A stretch of DNA of 64,000 nucleotides. Source: Dictyostelium discoideum. Its lineage: Eukaryota. The translations under genes were made by a program, and so were the position numbers. Shown piece by piece: positions 12,069-24,961 of this stretch (position 1 is the stretch's first letter; every line of letters starts with the position of its first letter). The stretch is from contig CM000151.3 of assembly GCA_000004695.1 (NCBI GenBank), positions 2,912,001-2,976,000 of the forward strand, written 5' to 3'. Below the pieces are notes generated by a model. The model was given only the letters and a program-made list of their open reading frames with translations, searched no databases and was not told where the DNA came from.

Positions 12069-14126
12069 ATATAGTTCAAAACTTACAAACGAAACTAATT
12101 TACCAAAATCAGAGATATGTGTAAAAATTTTTAAAACAATTGATTGAAGATGTGATTGAATTGTTTCATAACCTTTATCTGGTATAATATGTCTAAGAAT
12201 ATCTTTTAAGAAAACATCTGTTTCTTTTTCCTATTAGATAAAAAAAAAAAAAAACTATTAATAAAACTATTTTTTTTAATTTTTTTTTTTTTTTTTAATT
12301 TAAAAAACAACTTACAGAACAATGAGTTAAAACATATTCAATAAAAACTTCAGCAACAGAAATATAATCTTTAATATTTTCAAAGTTTGTAACAACTTTC
12401 CAAACATCATTTAAAATTGATAAGATTTGATTCTTTGGAGGTTGACCTAAAACCAAATTAACACCAAAAGTACTATAGAGTTGATATTTTGGATAGGAGA
12501 GAGTATCGGCATCCTTTATGAAATTTGAAAACATTGTTGAATTACTACAAATGTATTCTGGTGGGAAAGAACTAATGATATGATTTAAGAGGAGAGAATT
12601 CTTTGATTCTCTGAAAAGTTCTAAAACCTCTTCCAAAGTTTCAGGTGTTGCTTTATGAGCCAAACATTGTAGTAACCATTCCAATGATGGTGAATATAGT
12701 CCCATATAATCAGTGAGAGTAATTCTATACATTGACAAGGTATTCTCTAAATATTTTGATTTCTCGTATGATTTTTGAGTGAAAACGAAATCTTTCAATA
12801 ATTGAATGACGAATTTCTTATACTCTGGACAAAGATCGAATGATCTTCTTGTCAAATAAGCTCTAATGTAATTTGCAACCAATGGATTACCAATACCTCT
12901 AATCATTTCACTGATACGATTAATCACTTGTTTTGGTTCAGTGTTTACATCACCTTGAATGAATTCATAACATTTTAAAATTGAAATCTCTACAAACAAT
13001 CTTGGTAATAACTCTCTAATCGATGCAATCTTATAGAACCAATTTCTACAAGTTTCCTTTGCTTGTTCCTTTAGTAATATTTCATGATTTTTACTTTCTT
13101 TTGATGATTGTAATCTCTTTTTAATTCTATCATATACTAAATTACCAAATGTATCTAATATCTCTGTTGCAATTACAAATTTACTTGGATAAAATTTAAT
13201 TAATGATGTATCTGATAATAATTTTGCTGTCTAAAAAAAAAAAAAAAAGAGATATATTAATAAATTTTACTTTTAATTTTTTAGTTTTGAAAATTAGTAC
13301 ATACTTGAATTGCAATTTTTAAAGATCTAACTCTTTCTTCAGCAGCCCAAGCTTTTAATAATTCAGAATGTAAAGTTTCTAAATCCATAATGATATCAGG
13401 TTGAGAGAATTGTGTTGATTTTGAATCTTCTTTATCTTGTTCCAATTCTTCTAAAATCTTATTTAAACGATTGATTGGAATTTTAATTTTACCACTTGTA
13501 CCAGTTGACATAAAAGAAACTTGAATTGGATTTGAATCATCAGAGGTATATTGTTGAAGAATCGATGGTTTCAATGTATCCCATGGCATAAAATTCTCAT
13601 CAACATAATTTGTTAAATGATTTTCTTTTATTAATTTTAATCCACCCATTGTTGCAATTGTTTCTGAAAGTGGATCATGTTTTTTTTCTAATGGATTATT
13701 TAATGGATCAATATCTGTATTATTATTATTATTGTTGTTTAATGGATCAATATCTGTTGTTGCTGTTGATGATGATGCTGCTGCTGCTGCTGATTGAAGT
13801 GAACTTGCATTTGATGATAATGATGATTGTTTTGGTTTACCTGTATCCTCTGTTTTTGTAATTGAATTTAATGGGTGTCTTTCAACTTCTCTACCATTTA
13901 ATACTTTTACTTTAAAATTCTTTTTTGAATTTAGTAAACTAAAATAAAATTTTAAAAAAATAATTTATTATTAATATTTTGATCTCTGTGGATAATCCAA
14001 ATAATTTTTTTTTTTTTATTTTTTATTTGATCAATCATACTATTGTGGTGGTTGTTGAGGTGTTTGTTGTTGTTGTTGTGGTGGTGAAGAAGGAGTTGGT
14101 GATGATGCTGATTGTCTTTCAGCCAT
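10562..14126 (-). CDS. VPS35L-like retriever/retromer-family subunit. Seven exons: 14041-14126, 13305-13938, 12316-13230, 12087-12230, 11161-11945, 10896-11058, 10562-10798; about 987 aa.
   Basis: Motifs shared with VPS35/VPS35L: LLSDTSLIKFYPSKFVIATEILDTFGNLVYDRI, TCRNWFYKIASIRELLPRLFVEISILKC, MIRGIGNPLVANYIRAYL, KTTSFIRACVAYCFITIPSIDDIF. All six introns were reconstructed with in-phase GTATGA/GTATGT/GTAAGT/GTAAGG donors and TAG/AAG acceptors. Start is MAERQSASSP..., stop TAA at 10562-10564. Confidence 0.7.
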
Positions 14127-14564
14127 TTTATATTTTCTAAATAGATATTTCTATGTGCCAATCAACACATATAAAGAAATCACTTTGTAGAGAAATAAAT
14201 TTGTAGAAAAAAAAATATAAAAATTAAAAAAAAAAATAAATATAAAAAAATCAAAAATAAAATTTTATAAAAAAAAAAAATAAAAAAAAATAAAAAAAAA
14301 ATAAAAAAAAATTGAAAAAATCATTTGAAAAATCATTTTGGCCCTTTGGTTTTTTTTTTTATTTTTTTTTTTTTTGTGAACTTATTAACCATTTTAAAAT
14401 ATCGATCAATACTAATTTTGGTAAAATTTAAAATAATAATGATATTCGATATTGAAAAAAATAAATTAATAAAAATAACAATTTTAAATTAAATACTTTG
14501 ATTTCAAAAAAAGTATTTTTTTTTTTTTTATTATTATTTAAAAAAATTAAAATGGTTTTAAGAT

Positions 14565-15414
14565 TTAAATACGAATTTTTTCATTATTTAATTCTTGTTG
14601 AGTAGCATCAATACTATTGCTATTATTATTATTAACAGGGTTACTTGAATTATTGTTATTATTATTATTATTTGTATTATTATTATTATTATTAATTGTA
14701 TTTTTATTTTCATTTATTGTAGATGATGAACGATTTTCTTCAATATATTTACAGATTTGAGTATTTATTACTTCATATAATAACTTTGGGTTAATTGGTT
14801 TTGTTACATAATCATCAACACCAGATTCTAAAAACTTTTCTTTATCACCTTTCATTGCATGAGCAGTTACAGCAATGATTGGAATATGACCACCTTCATT
14901 TGCTTCGATTTCACGAATTGCACAAGTTGCTTCTAAACCTGATAAAATTGGCATTTGAATATCCATTAATATACAATCATAAAGTATTGATTTATTTTTA
15001 CTTTCATGATAGAAATCTAAGGCTTGTTTACCATCTTTTGCAATGGTAATATCAAAACCTCTTTTAGTTAATAATGTCTTTATTAATTTTTGATTCATTG
15101 TATTATCTTCTGCTACCAATACTTTTTGTGGAATCATTTGACTACCACTAATTTCAATTCCACCGCTGCTTGTACCATTACTACTTAATAAATTAATATT
15201 ACCACTATTTCCTGATAAAATTGGTGGTGATTGGAATTGTGGTGTAGTAATTGTTGATGATGGTTGTGGTGGTGTTGTTACTCCTACTATTGTAGTTAAA
15301 CTACAATTATTATTATTATTGCTTCTTGGTGAACTAATTGGTGGTGATGTTTCAGGTGTTGAATTTGATGATTTTGATGGATCAGATGTATGATTATTAC
15401 TTGTATTTGTAGTG

Positions 15415-15503
<89 letters not shown>

Positions 15504-18455
15504 TAAAATTAAATTATTTGAATGAACAGTAGTATTATTATGTTGTTGAGATTGTTGTTGATGAATATGATGATGATGAATATGATGAAGATTTGTACTA
15601 CTTAAATTGGATTTATGTGGTGACATTCTTCCACTCAATTGTTCTAATTGTTGTTGTTGTTGTTGCTGTTGTTGTTGCTGTTTTGGTGAATATTGTTTTG
15701 GTGAATATTGTTGTTTTGGTGAATATTGTTTTGGAGAGTATTGCTGTTTTGGTGAATAACCACGTTGTGATTGTTTTGGTGATGAAGCAGATTGTAAACT
15801 TAATAATGGAACTATAACTATTTTTTTACCATTTGGAGTAACTGGATTATTATTTATAATTGTTATACTATTACCATTATTAATAATATTTGAACTGCTT
15901 TGAGTTACATTTGTTGAGGTTGAATTTGAAGAATTTGGTGTTAAACTATTAATATTATTTAAATCAGAGATATCAATTGAGTTATCTTTTAATGGTAAAA
16001 TTGGTGATAAAATTGGTTGTGTTTGTTGTTGTTGATTATTATTATTAACATTATTTGATGATATTGAAACTGGTGATGGTGTATTTGAAGATGTTAATGG
16101 AGTTGAGGATAATGAAGATGATGAAGGAGTTGAATTATTTGCACTACTATTACCACTATTGCTACCATTTGTACTGCTACCACCCCCACTACTACTACTA
16201 CTGTTGATAGGTGGTGAACTATAACCAACACCACCTCTAGGGGTACTAATTAAATTTGAATAATTTTTACCACCGTGACTTAAACTACGACCAGGTGATT
16301 TTGGTGGTGAATAAGCTGGTAAATTATTTAAACCACATTCTTTGGAAATTGGACCACGTGGTGTACAAATTGAATGAATTCTTTGAATTAAATCCATTGG
16401 ACAACTATGTTGTTTTTTAACATTTTTAGTTGAAGGTGTTGAAATTAAACTTGAACCACGACTATTATTTAAACCATTTGGAGTTTGAATATTATTATTA
16501 CTATTATTTAAACTTATACCACTATTATTATTTCCATTGGTATTATTATTTCCATTAGTATTACCAATTATATTATTAAGATTATTTGGATTATTTGATA
16601 AATTACTAAGATTATTTAAACCACTAATATTTAAATTTGAAATACCATTAAAACCAGTTGGACTTGAACTAAGAGTATTATGACTTGAAGATTTTAATGA
16701 TGTATTATTTAAAGAGGCAATGAAATTATAATAACTATTTGATGGTGTACGACTTGTTAATGGACCATTATCATTTGAATTATTATTATTATTAATACTA
16801 TTATTATTATTTAATGTACTACCATTGATATTTATATTATTCATACTATTACTTAAAGAAATACCATAATTTGTTGAATCGTTATTACCATTATCATTTG
16901 AATCTTTTTTCACTTTTTTAGTTTGAACATTTGGAAGTGATGGAATATAAATTTCATTTTTTAATCTACTAGATTCAAATAATTTAGTGGTTGAATTGAT
17001 TGAACCATTACTTGATTGTAATGAAGGTGATTTTGGTGATGGTGCTTCAACACTTTTAATTGAGAGAATGAAATGAAAAGTTGAACCTTGTGATGCTTCA
17101 CTTTCAAACCAAATTGCACCACCAAAGAATTCAATTAACTTTTTGCAAATACTTAAACCTAAACCAACACCACCTTGAACACGACTATATGAACCATCAA
17201 CTTGAAAGAATCTATCGAAAATGAAATCATGTTTATCCTCTGGTACACCAATACCACGATCTTTAATTGAAAATTTTAGATTAACAAACCCTTCACGATC
17301 TTTTTTTTTAAATTTTTCACGTTTATTAATACCACCTCCACCACCACCACTGGTATTATTATGAAATAATAAATTATTACTTATATTATTTCTTGAAGTG
17401 TTTGATGATGTATCGTCGTCGGTATCATCATCATTTTCATCAGTTTCATCATTTTCATCATCATTTTCATCATCATCATCACTATTATCTTTTTCATCTA
17501 ATTCACTAAAACCACCAACAGCTGATTCATTATCTGAAACATTAATATCTCTACCAAAATAAGAATCATTATTATCTTGATCATCATAATCACCATCGAT
17601 ACTATAATCATCATGTGAATTTAATCTACTATGAGTCTTTGAATTTGATCTAAAAGAGTCTTTATATTTTTTAAATTGATTATGAGTTAATTGTTCAACA
17701 ATGATTGAAATTGAATTATTTATATTTGAAGAATTTGAAAATTTTATTGCATTATCAATTAGATTTGAAAGGATTTGTTTTAAACGATTTTGATCACCAT
17801 AGAAATCATCGGCAATATTTGGATCGATTGAAAAGGTTAAACTAATCTTCTTTTCAATGATACGTGTATAGAAAACTTTAAATAATTGATTGAATGTATC
17901 ACGTAACTTGAATGGGAAAGGTCTAACTGCCAATGAATTTGATTCCAATGTTGTGAAATCTAAAATTTGGTGAAGTAAATCCAATAGAATCTTTGACGAC
18001 TCCACAACATCATTTAACATTTCCTTTAGATTCCTTGGTGCAACATCTAAACATAAACCAACCATACCAATGATTGAATTCATTGGACTCAATAATTCAT
18101 GACTAATATTTGCCAAAAATTCACCTTTTAATTGATTAGCCCTTTGTGCCTCCTCTGTTGCATTCTTTAGTATAACTTCATTACGTTTTCTTTCAGTAAT
18201 ATCATGTAAGGCTACAAATGCACCAATGGTTTTACCATCTTTTGAAACAATCTCTTGACCACTTGCCAAAACTAAAAATTCATTATCATTTATCTTTGTT
18301 GGAATTTTAGTTGCAATTGGTATTTGTTGTGGTGATGTTATTGTTGCTGCTGCTGCTGTTGTTGATGTTGTTGCACCACCTATTCCATTTGTTGTATTTT
18401 GTTGTTGTTGTGTTTGTTGTGTTGATACTTGTGTTTGTTGTTGTTGTGAAATTGA

Positions 18456-18519
<64 letters not shown>

Positions 18520-19880
18520 GTTGTTGTTGTTGTTGTACTATAATTTTTTGATAATCTATTTTGTGATTTATTACCATTTGAACAATTTGATTGTGATCTT
18601 GGTCTATTTGATTTTGATAATGATGATTGTTGTTGATTTGAAGTTGGAGTAATTATAATTTCTTGATCATTTATAAATTCACCACTTAATGCTCTAATAA
18701 TTGGTGTACCTGATTTTTCTAAATTTATTTGTTCATATGGTGATCTATAACATTTTAAAATTTGATCTAATAATTGTTTTCTATCGGTTTTATCGTTCAA
18801 TTCTAATCCATGTAAATCTTGTGCACTCTTATTGAAATGTGTTAAATCACCATTTGAATTACATGCAACAATGCCTGCTTTTAAACAACCAATTAATGCT
18901 TCAACAAATTTACTCTCTTCTTCTAATTTATCTTTTGCTTCTTGAATTTCACTAAAATCATGACAAACTCCTAAAACTTTAAAAACTTTATCATCTTTTT
19001 TAATAATTTCACCTCTTTTTTTTTTCATTGAAAAAAAAAAAAAAAAATAAAAAAAAAAGTTTGGAAATTAATAAATAATTAATAAAAATGATAATTATAA
19101 TAATAATAATAATACAAACTTTAATTGAATATATCTAACTAAATTATCATTTTTTCTATTAATTCTTAATGGATATTCAAATGAAGAACTATTTGATTCT
19201 ATACAATTATTAATTATTGGTTGAATTTCTTGAATACCAAGTTTATTAATAAAATCATTAAAATTCAATTTTTTATTAAAATCATTTTCAATACCAATTA
19301 TTTTATAAAATTGATTAGATGCTTTAGTTGTATCATTTTGAACATTCCATTCCCAAGATCCCATGTTTGATGGTTCTGGTCTATTATATTGTCCTTTATT
19401 ACTACTATTAATATTTACAGAATTTTGATTATTTTGATTATTATTTATATTATGATTTTCAATTGATGATGATAATGGTGATTGAATAAATTTAATTTCT
19501 TCAATTGCTTCTACTAATATAAAAATTCGTTTACCTTCGTAATCTAAATAATGACTATCTTGATTTACTAATAAATTAATACTAGTATCCAAATATAATT
19601 GTCTTGCATCCATATCACTAATATGTATTGATGAATATTTAAATATCATTTGTTTTAAAATCTCTCCATTTTCGTTGGATTCTATTATATCGATGTGTTC
19701 ATGTTTTGATTTACCATTTCTAATATCATTTATTAAATTTGAATTATTAAATAATGATGTTATTGATTCAATATTTTTATATTTTTTACATGATTGATTA
19801 CCCCAAATCAATACTCTTTTATTTATATCGAATAACCAAATTGCTTGATTTAATTTTTCTAATATTTTTAAATAAATCAT
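14565..19880 (-). CDS. Hybrid sensor histidine kinase (dhk family): PAS/PAC regions, HisKA, HATPase_c and a C-terminal receiver domain. Two exons: 19120-19880 and 14565-19014; about 1736 aa.
   Basis: H-box FLANISHELLSPMNSIIGMVGL. ATPase N/G boxes LSNLIDNAIKFS...DRGIGVPEDKHDFIFDRFFQVDGSYSRVQGGVGLGLSICKKL. Receiver KVLVAEDNTMNQKLIKTLL...ILMDIQMPILSGLEATCAIRE...PIIAVTAHAMKGDKEKFLESGVDDYVTKPI. The intron is TTA AA|GTTTGT...AG|A GGT in phase 2. The ATG at 19878-19880 opens a PAS-like exon (MIYLKILEKLNQAIWLFDINKRVLIWGN...). Long poly-Asn/Gln/Ser linkers are present. Confidence 0.85.
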
Positions 19881-20454
19881 TTTTCTTTAAAAAAAATATT
19901 TTTTTATTTTTTTATTTTTATTTTTATCTTTTTATCTTTATATATCTTTAAAAATCTTTTATTTTTTTTTTTTTTGTTTTTTTTTTTTGTTTTTTTTTTT
20001 TTTTTTTTTTTATATTATTACAAAAATAAATAAATAAATAAATAAAATTACAAGAAAAAAATAAAAAAAAAAAATAAAAACTATAGTTTTTAAACTATTT
20101 TTTTTTTCTTTTTTTTTTTTTTTAGATTAATGACTTTGAACGATTAAGGAAAAATAAAAAAATAAAAAATTAATAACAAAAAAAAATTATTTAATCATTA
20201 ATGGTTTCTATTATTTTTATTATTAATATTACTATTACTATTACTATTGTTTTTTTAAATATTATTAGGTTATTTATTTTTTGTGTAAATATTAGAATGA
20301 ATTTTAAAAGGATGTAATAGTTGACGATAAATCAAAAACAAAATTACAATGCAATTAATTATTTTTTTTTTTTTTTTATTTTTATTTTTTTTAAAAAAAA
20401 TTTATATATATTTTTTTTTACAAAGGTAGGTGTACAATACCGTTATAAAAAAAA

Positions 20455-20545
20455 GTGTTAATGTTGGTTTTAATGTGTGGTGTGGGTAATTTAAATTATT
20501 TGTGTTTAAAATAATTTGTGTAGAGAATGTGTGAGTTATTGTAAT
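20455..20545. promoter_or_regulatory. GT-rich (G-box-like) module 590-665 bp upstream of the histidine kinase ATG. A near-identical module lies at 54535-54600, upstream of carA.
   Basis: 20471-20545 reads TAATGTGTGGTGTGGGTAATTTAAATTATTTGTGTTTAAAATAATTTGTGTAGAGAATGTGTGAG. 54536-54600 reads GATGTGTGGTTTGTAGTGGTAAATTATTTGTGTGTTTAAATATTATTGTGTGAGTGGTGTGGGTG. Both lie in otherwise poly-A/T intergenic DNA. Confidence 0.45.
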
Positions 20546-20572
20546 AGTTATTTTATTATTTTTATAATGTGA

Positions 20573-20603
<31 letters not shown>

Positions 20604-21550
20604 GGTTTTTTTTGATTTTTTTTTTTTTTTTTGATTGATACTGTGGGTGGTGTTTATTATTAATAATTTATGATTAATGTAAATTATTTAATAAAAACAG
20701 TATACATATATTAAAAATATTTGTGAGGACACTTTTTTTAGAAAAAAAAAAATTATTACATTAAAAAAAAAATAAAAAATAATAAAAAAAAAAAAAATAG
20801 AAAAAAAAAAAAAAAATAGAAAAATAAAAAAAAAACAAAATAACTTTTTAGATTTAAAATGTGTACTCATTATTTTAAAAGAAATTTTGATGATATGTTT
20901 GCCAATTTACTAATTTTTTAATAATCATCCAGTGCACTGGATTACAAAATTGTTTTTTTTTTAAATTTTAATATATTTTTTTTTTTTTTTATAAATATCT
21001 TAATTTGGCGAGATTAAATATTTTTTTTTTTTTTTTATTTCTAATTTTTTTTTTTTTTTTGATCATAACTAGATTTTTTCCTTTTTTTTTTTTTTTTTTT
21101 TTTTTTTATTAAAAAAAAAAGATTAAAGTTTATGAGAAACAAACAAGTTAAAATTAAATCACATTCCTCAAAAAAGATTCTTTGTATAGTTTTTGGTGAT
21201 TTGCCTCATTGTCCTTTTAATGTGAAAGTAAAATAAAAAAAAAACTATTAAAAAATACAAGCATAATTGTAAATTATTAACCTTTATTAGGGAATTAATA
21301 AATCTAAATAATTTGATTTAAAAAAACTGATAATTGTATCTTCGTAAAAAAGCTTTAAATTAAATTTTTAATTTTCCAAGATAATACAAAAAATAATAAT
21401 AATTTTGGAAAAAAGAAAAAAAAAAAATAAATAAATAAATAAATAAATTTAATAAATTAAATTAAATAAATAATTAGATAAAAATAGAAAGAATTCTTAA
21501 TTATTATTTATTTAAAAAATAAAATATTGAAATTATTTTTTTTTTTTTTT

Positions 21551-21903
21551 TTAAGAATTAATATTATTATTAGTATTATTATTATTAATATTAATATTAT
21601 TATTACTATTATTGAAATTAAAAAGTTTAATTTTTAAGTTGAACAACCACCCTTTATCGTATGGGTTTATTTGGTTTTCGAAAATCTTTTTAAAATCCTC
21701 GATTGTTGATTTATTTGAAAGAGTTAATCTTATATGATATGATACTAAAAATCCTAACAACAGTGACATTATAAAACCAAAAATAATTATAAAAATACTA
21801 AAAATAAAAATTATTAGTAATCAGGAAAATTAAGAAAAAGTTAATTGATTTATCTTTTTTTTTTTTTTAAAAAAAAAAAAAAATCAATAATTAAAAAAAA
21901 AAA

Positions 21904-21935
<32 letters not shown>

Positions 21936-22422
21936 GCACAGTGTGGGTGATTAATCACATTGATTTGAGATTATCTTTAAATTAGATTTTTCGACTTACC
22001 ATAAACCTCCACTTGTAGTTCTTAAAGCATATAAAATATTATTTATTGATTTTTCAAACTTTTCATTTAAATCATTACTACTATTGTGATTGCTACTATT
22101 ACTATTAATATTATTATTATTAATTTTATTTGCAGGTGATTCAGTTGTATTTACAATTTGATTTAAAAATACAATTGACATTGATAAAAGATATAGTGCA
22201 TAAATTAAAGTTGTTGTTATAAAATAAAAAAATTCTCTATAATTTCTACGACCAATACAATTTCCAATCCAAACACAATGATGATCAAAATTCTCTACAC
22301 AATTATTACAAGTTGAGCAATGAAAAGATCTTGGTTCTCTATATAATCCACATGTAATACAAAATTTACATTTATATTTAAAATCACTATCACCAATTTG
22401 AATTTCTTTATATTTTGATTGA

Positions 22423-22454
<32 letters not shown>

Positions 22455-23380
22455 GTTATTATTTCTATTTCTATTTTTATTATTATTATTATTATTATTA
22501 CTGTTGTTGTTGTTACTATTTGTGGGTTGTTCCATTTCTACGATGAAATCACCACTATTTTCAAAACTATTTCGAGCACTACTACTACCACCTTGTTCAT
22601 CTTGATCATCATCATCGCTATCACTAAAATCAGATGATGATGAAATTGGATCATCATTTGCAATTTCATCCATACCTGATGTTATAAATTTCTTTAAAGC
22701 TTTTTTAGTTGCTTGTAATTTTGTTAATTTTATTTTATCTTTTTTACTTTCTTCAATATTATTTCTTGTAATTATACCTGGATTTGTAAATGCGCATTTA
22801 TATAAATTATAAAATATAAAAACCAATAATGTTAAAGTAATGATATAATTTGAAATTTCTAATTTTTTTGAAATTTCTAAACTTATTGGTACCCTTTTTT
22901 TTTTATTTAATTTAATTTTATTTAATTTAATAAAATTAATAAAGAAAATAAATAAATTGTTAATATATGTTATAATTAAAATAATTTAAAAAAAAAAAAA
23001 AATTAAACATACAATTTGATTTCAAAAAATAATGATGGAACTAATATAAAAATTTGAGTAACTATAAAAAATAATTTATCGGGCCCTGTAACACATTTAT
23101 AAAAATAAAGACTTTTGGTTTTTTTTATTTTTCTTTTTTTTAATTTTTTATTATTTTCATTTGTAGATTCTTCTTGTATTTCAGAAATATCACCCTCTTG
23201 TGTATCATTACTATCTCCGCTTGTATAAATAAAATTTTCATTTTGGTAATTATTATTTTCATTATTATTTTCATTAATTCCTATTTTATTTTCATATATT
23301 TTATCCTTTTTTTTATTTTTTTCATTTTCTTCATTTTCTCTGTCATTAATTTTATTATTTTTATTATTATTATTTACCAT
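21551..23380 (-). CDS. DHHC-type protein S-acyltransferase (zf-DHHC) with four predicted TM helices. Exons are roughly 23010-23380, 21999-22826 and 21551-21797; the exon1-exon2 junction is not resolved.
   Basis: Catalytic core CKFCITCGLYREPRSFHCSTCNNCVENFDHHCVWIGNCIGRRNYREFFYF. TM helices before it (LFFIVTQIFILVPSLFF, ISNYIITLTLLVFIFYNLY) and after it (TTTLIYALYLLSMSIVFL, IFIIIFGFIMSLLLGFLVSY). The post-TM4 NKSTIEDF (TTxE-like) motif is present. Exon 2/3 splice is TTA TG|GTAAGT...TTTTAG|T in phase. Confidence 0.75.
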
Positions 23381-23948
23381 TTATATACAAATAATATCCA
23401 TATATAAAAAAAAAAAAAAAAAAAAAAAGGTAAAAAAATAAAATTAAAAAAAAATAAAATTAAAAAAAAAAAAAAAAAAAATAAAACTAAAAATTGGTGG
23501 AAAGATATTTTTGATTTCACATTTTTTTTTTTTTTTAATATTCAAATTTAGATTTATTTTCTCGTAGCCCTTTGAGAAAAAAAAAAAAAAACGGTAGATA
23601 TTTTTTATTAACCTTTTTCAATAAAGTTTTTAATCAATTAAAACTTAATTGGAAAAATTAATTTAATAAAGAAAAATAAAAAAGATAAAAAAAAATAAAA
23701 AAATAAAAAAAATAAAAAAAACAATTTGCTTAATCAAGAGAAAATGAAAGTGCTAAATAATATTTGGATTTTTTTTTTTTTTTTTTAATATAAACCCAAA
23801 TAAAAAAATAATTAAAAATAATAAAAAATAAAAAAAAAAATAAAAAAAAAAAAAAATCCAAATTGCTTGGAAAAAAAAAAAAAAAAAAAAATTTCAACAT
23901 TTATTGTTTTTTATTTTTTAAAATAATTTATAGTAACAACTGAAAAAA

Positions 23949-24409
23949 ATGAATAAATTTTTAAAAGCATCAACAAGTATTACACGTTTAATAAATAGAC
24001 AACAATCAACTATTGAAACATGCCAATATGCAAAAAGATTTCAAGAGATTGAAGCAAGTGAATTAAAGAAAGGTATGTGGATTGAACATAAGTCCAAATT
24101 ATTCCAAATTGAGAAAGTTGTACATCAAAAGGTTGCAATGAGAGGTGGTTTCATCATTACCGATATGAAGAATGTTATTGATGGTTCAAAAAGTAATATT
24201 AAATTTAGAAGTGCAGAGAATATAGAATTAGTTGATCTCTCAAGAAGTACTTATAATTTCGTTGAAACTATCAAAGATGGTAAAGCTTTTGTTTTTAGAA
24301 GAATTGATAGTGAAGGTGATGAAGAAGATGATGAAGATTTTGTTTGTACAAATATTTCACAATTAGATGGTTATTCACCATATTTATCTTTATTCGGTGA
24401 AGGTATTGT

Positions 24410-24501
<92 letters not shown>

Positions 24502-24770
24502 TTAAATAAAAAAATAAAAACTAATTATATTCATTTGTTTTTTCCAATTAAATAGATACTGAATTCCATTTTAGAACATATAATGGTAATGTAATTGATT
24601 TTAAAGGACCAACACAAATTGATCTTACTATTAGATCTGTATCAGATCTCCAAAACAATAATGTTCTTCATTTTGAAAATGGTCGTTCTTGTAAAGGTCC
24701 AATTTATTTAAAACCTGGTGATAAAGTTCAAATTCGTTTACCAGAGGAAGTTTTCATAACAAAAGTTTAA
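23949..24770 (+). CDS. Bacterial-type elongation factor P (EF-P)-like protein with an N-terminal presequence, probably mitochondrial. Two exons: 23949-24402 and 24556-24770.
   Basis: KOW-like domain I reads KVAMRGGFIITDMKNVIDGSKSNIKFRSAENIELVDLSRSTYNFVE..DGKAFVFRRIDS, to be compared with E. coli [52 protein letters not shown]. The C-terminal OB domain reads GPIYLKPGDKVQIRLPEEVFITKV, to be compared with [24 protein letters not shown]. The intron (GAA G|GTATTG...(ATT)n...AATAG|AT) is in phase 1. Confidence 0.65.
24414..24503. repeat. (ATT)~28 microsatellite inside the EF-P-like gene intron.
   Basis: Perfect ATT array between the GTATTG donor and the AATAG acceptor. Confidence 0.9.
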
Positions 24771-24898
24771 ATAAATAAATTAATATATATTAAAAAAAAA
24801 AAAAAGTGATACTATTTGGTTGGAATTATATTACAAAAATTTTATTAAGGAGAATTGGAGTTGGGAAATAAATAAAAGAAGAGGAAGATCTATTTACT

Positions 24899-24935
<37 letters not shown>

Positions 24936-24961
24936 TGTTTTTGTTTTTGTTTTTTTTTTTT

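Noticed and set aside
19117-19137. The 17-nt match AACTTTAATTGAATATA shared between the histidine-kinase intron 5' end (19117) and the direct repeats flanking the candidate ncRNA (60251, 60413)
   Set aside because: At 19117 it is simply the reverse complement of coding sequence RYIQLK plus the donor. A 17-mer coincidence is plausible in about 80% AT DNA, and no extended similarity surrounds it.
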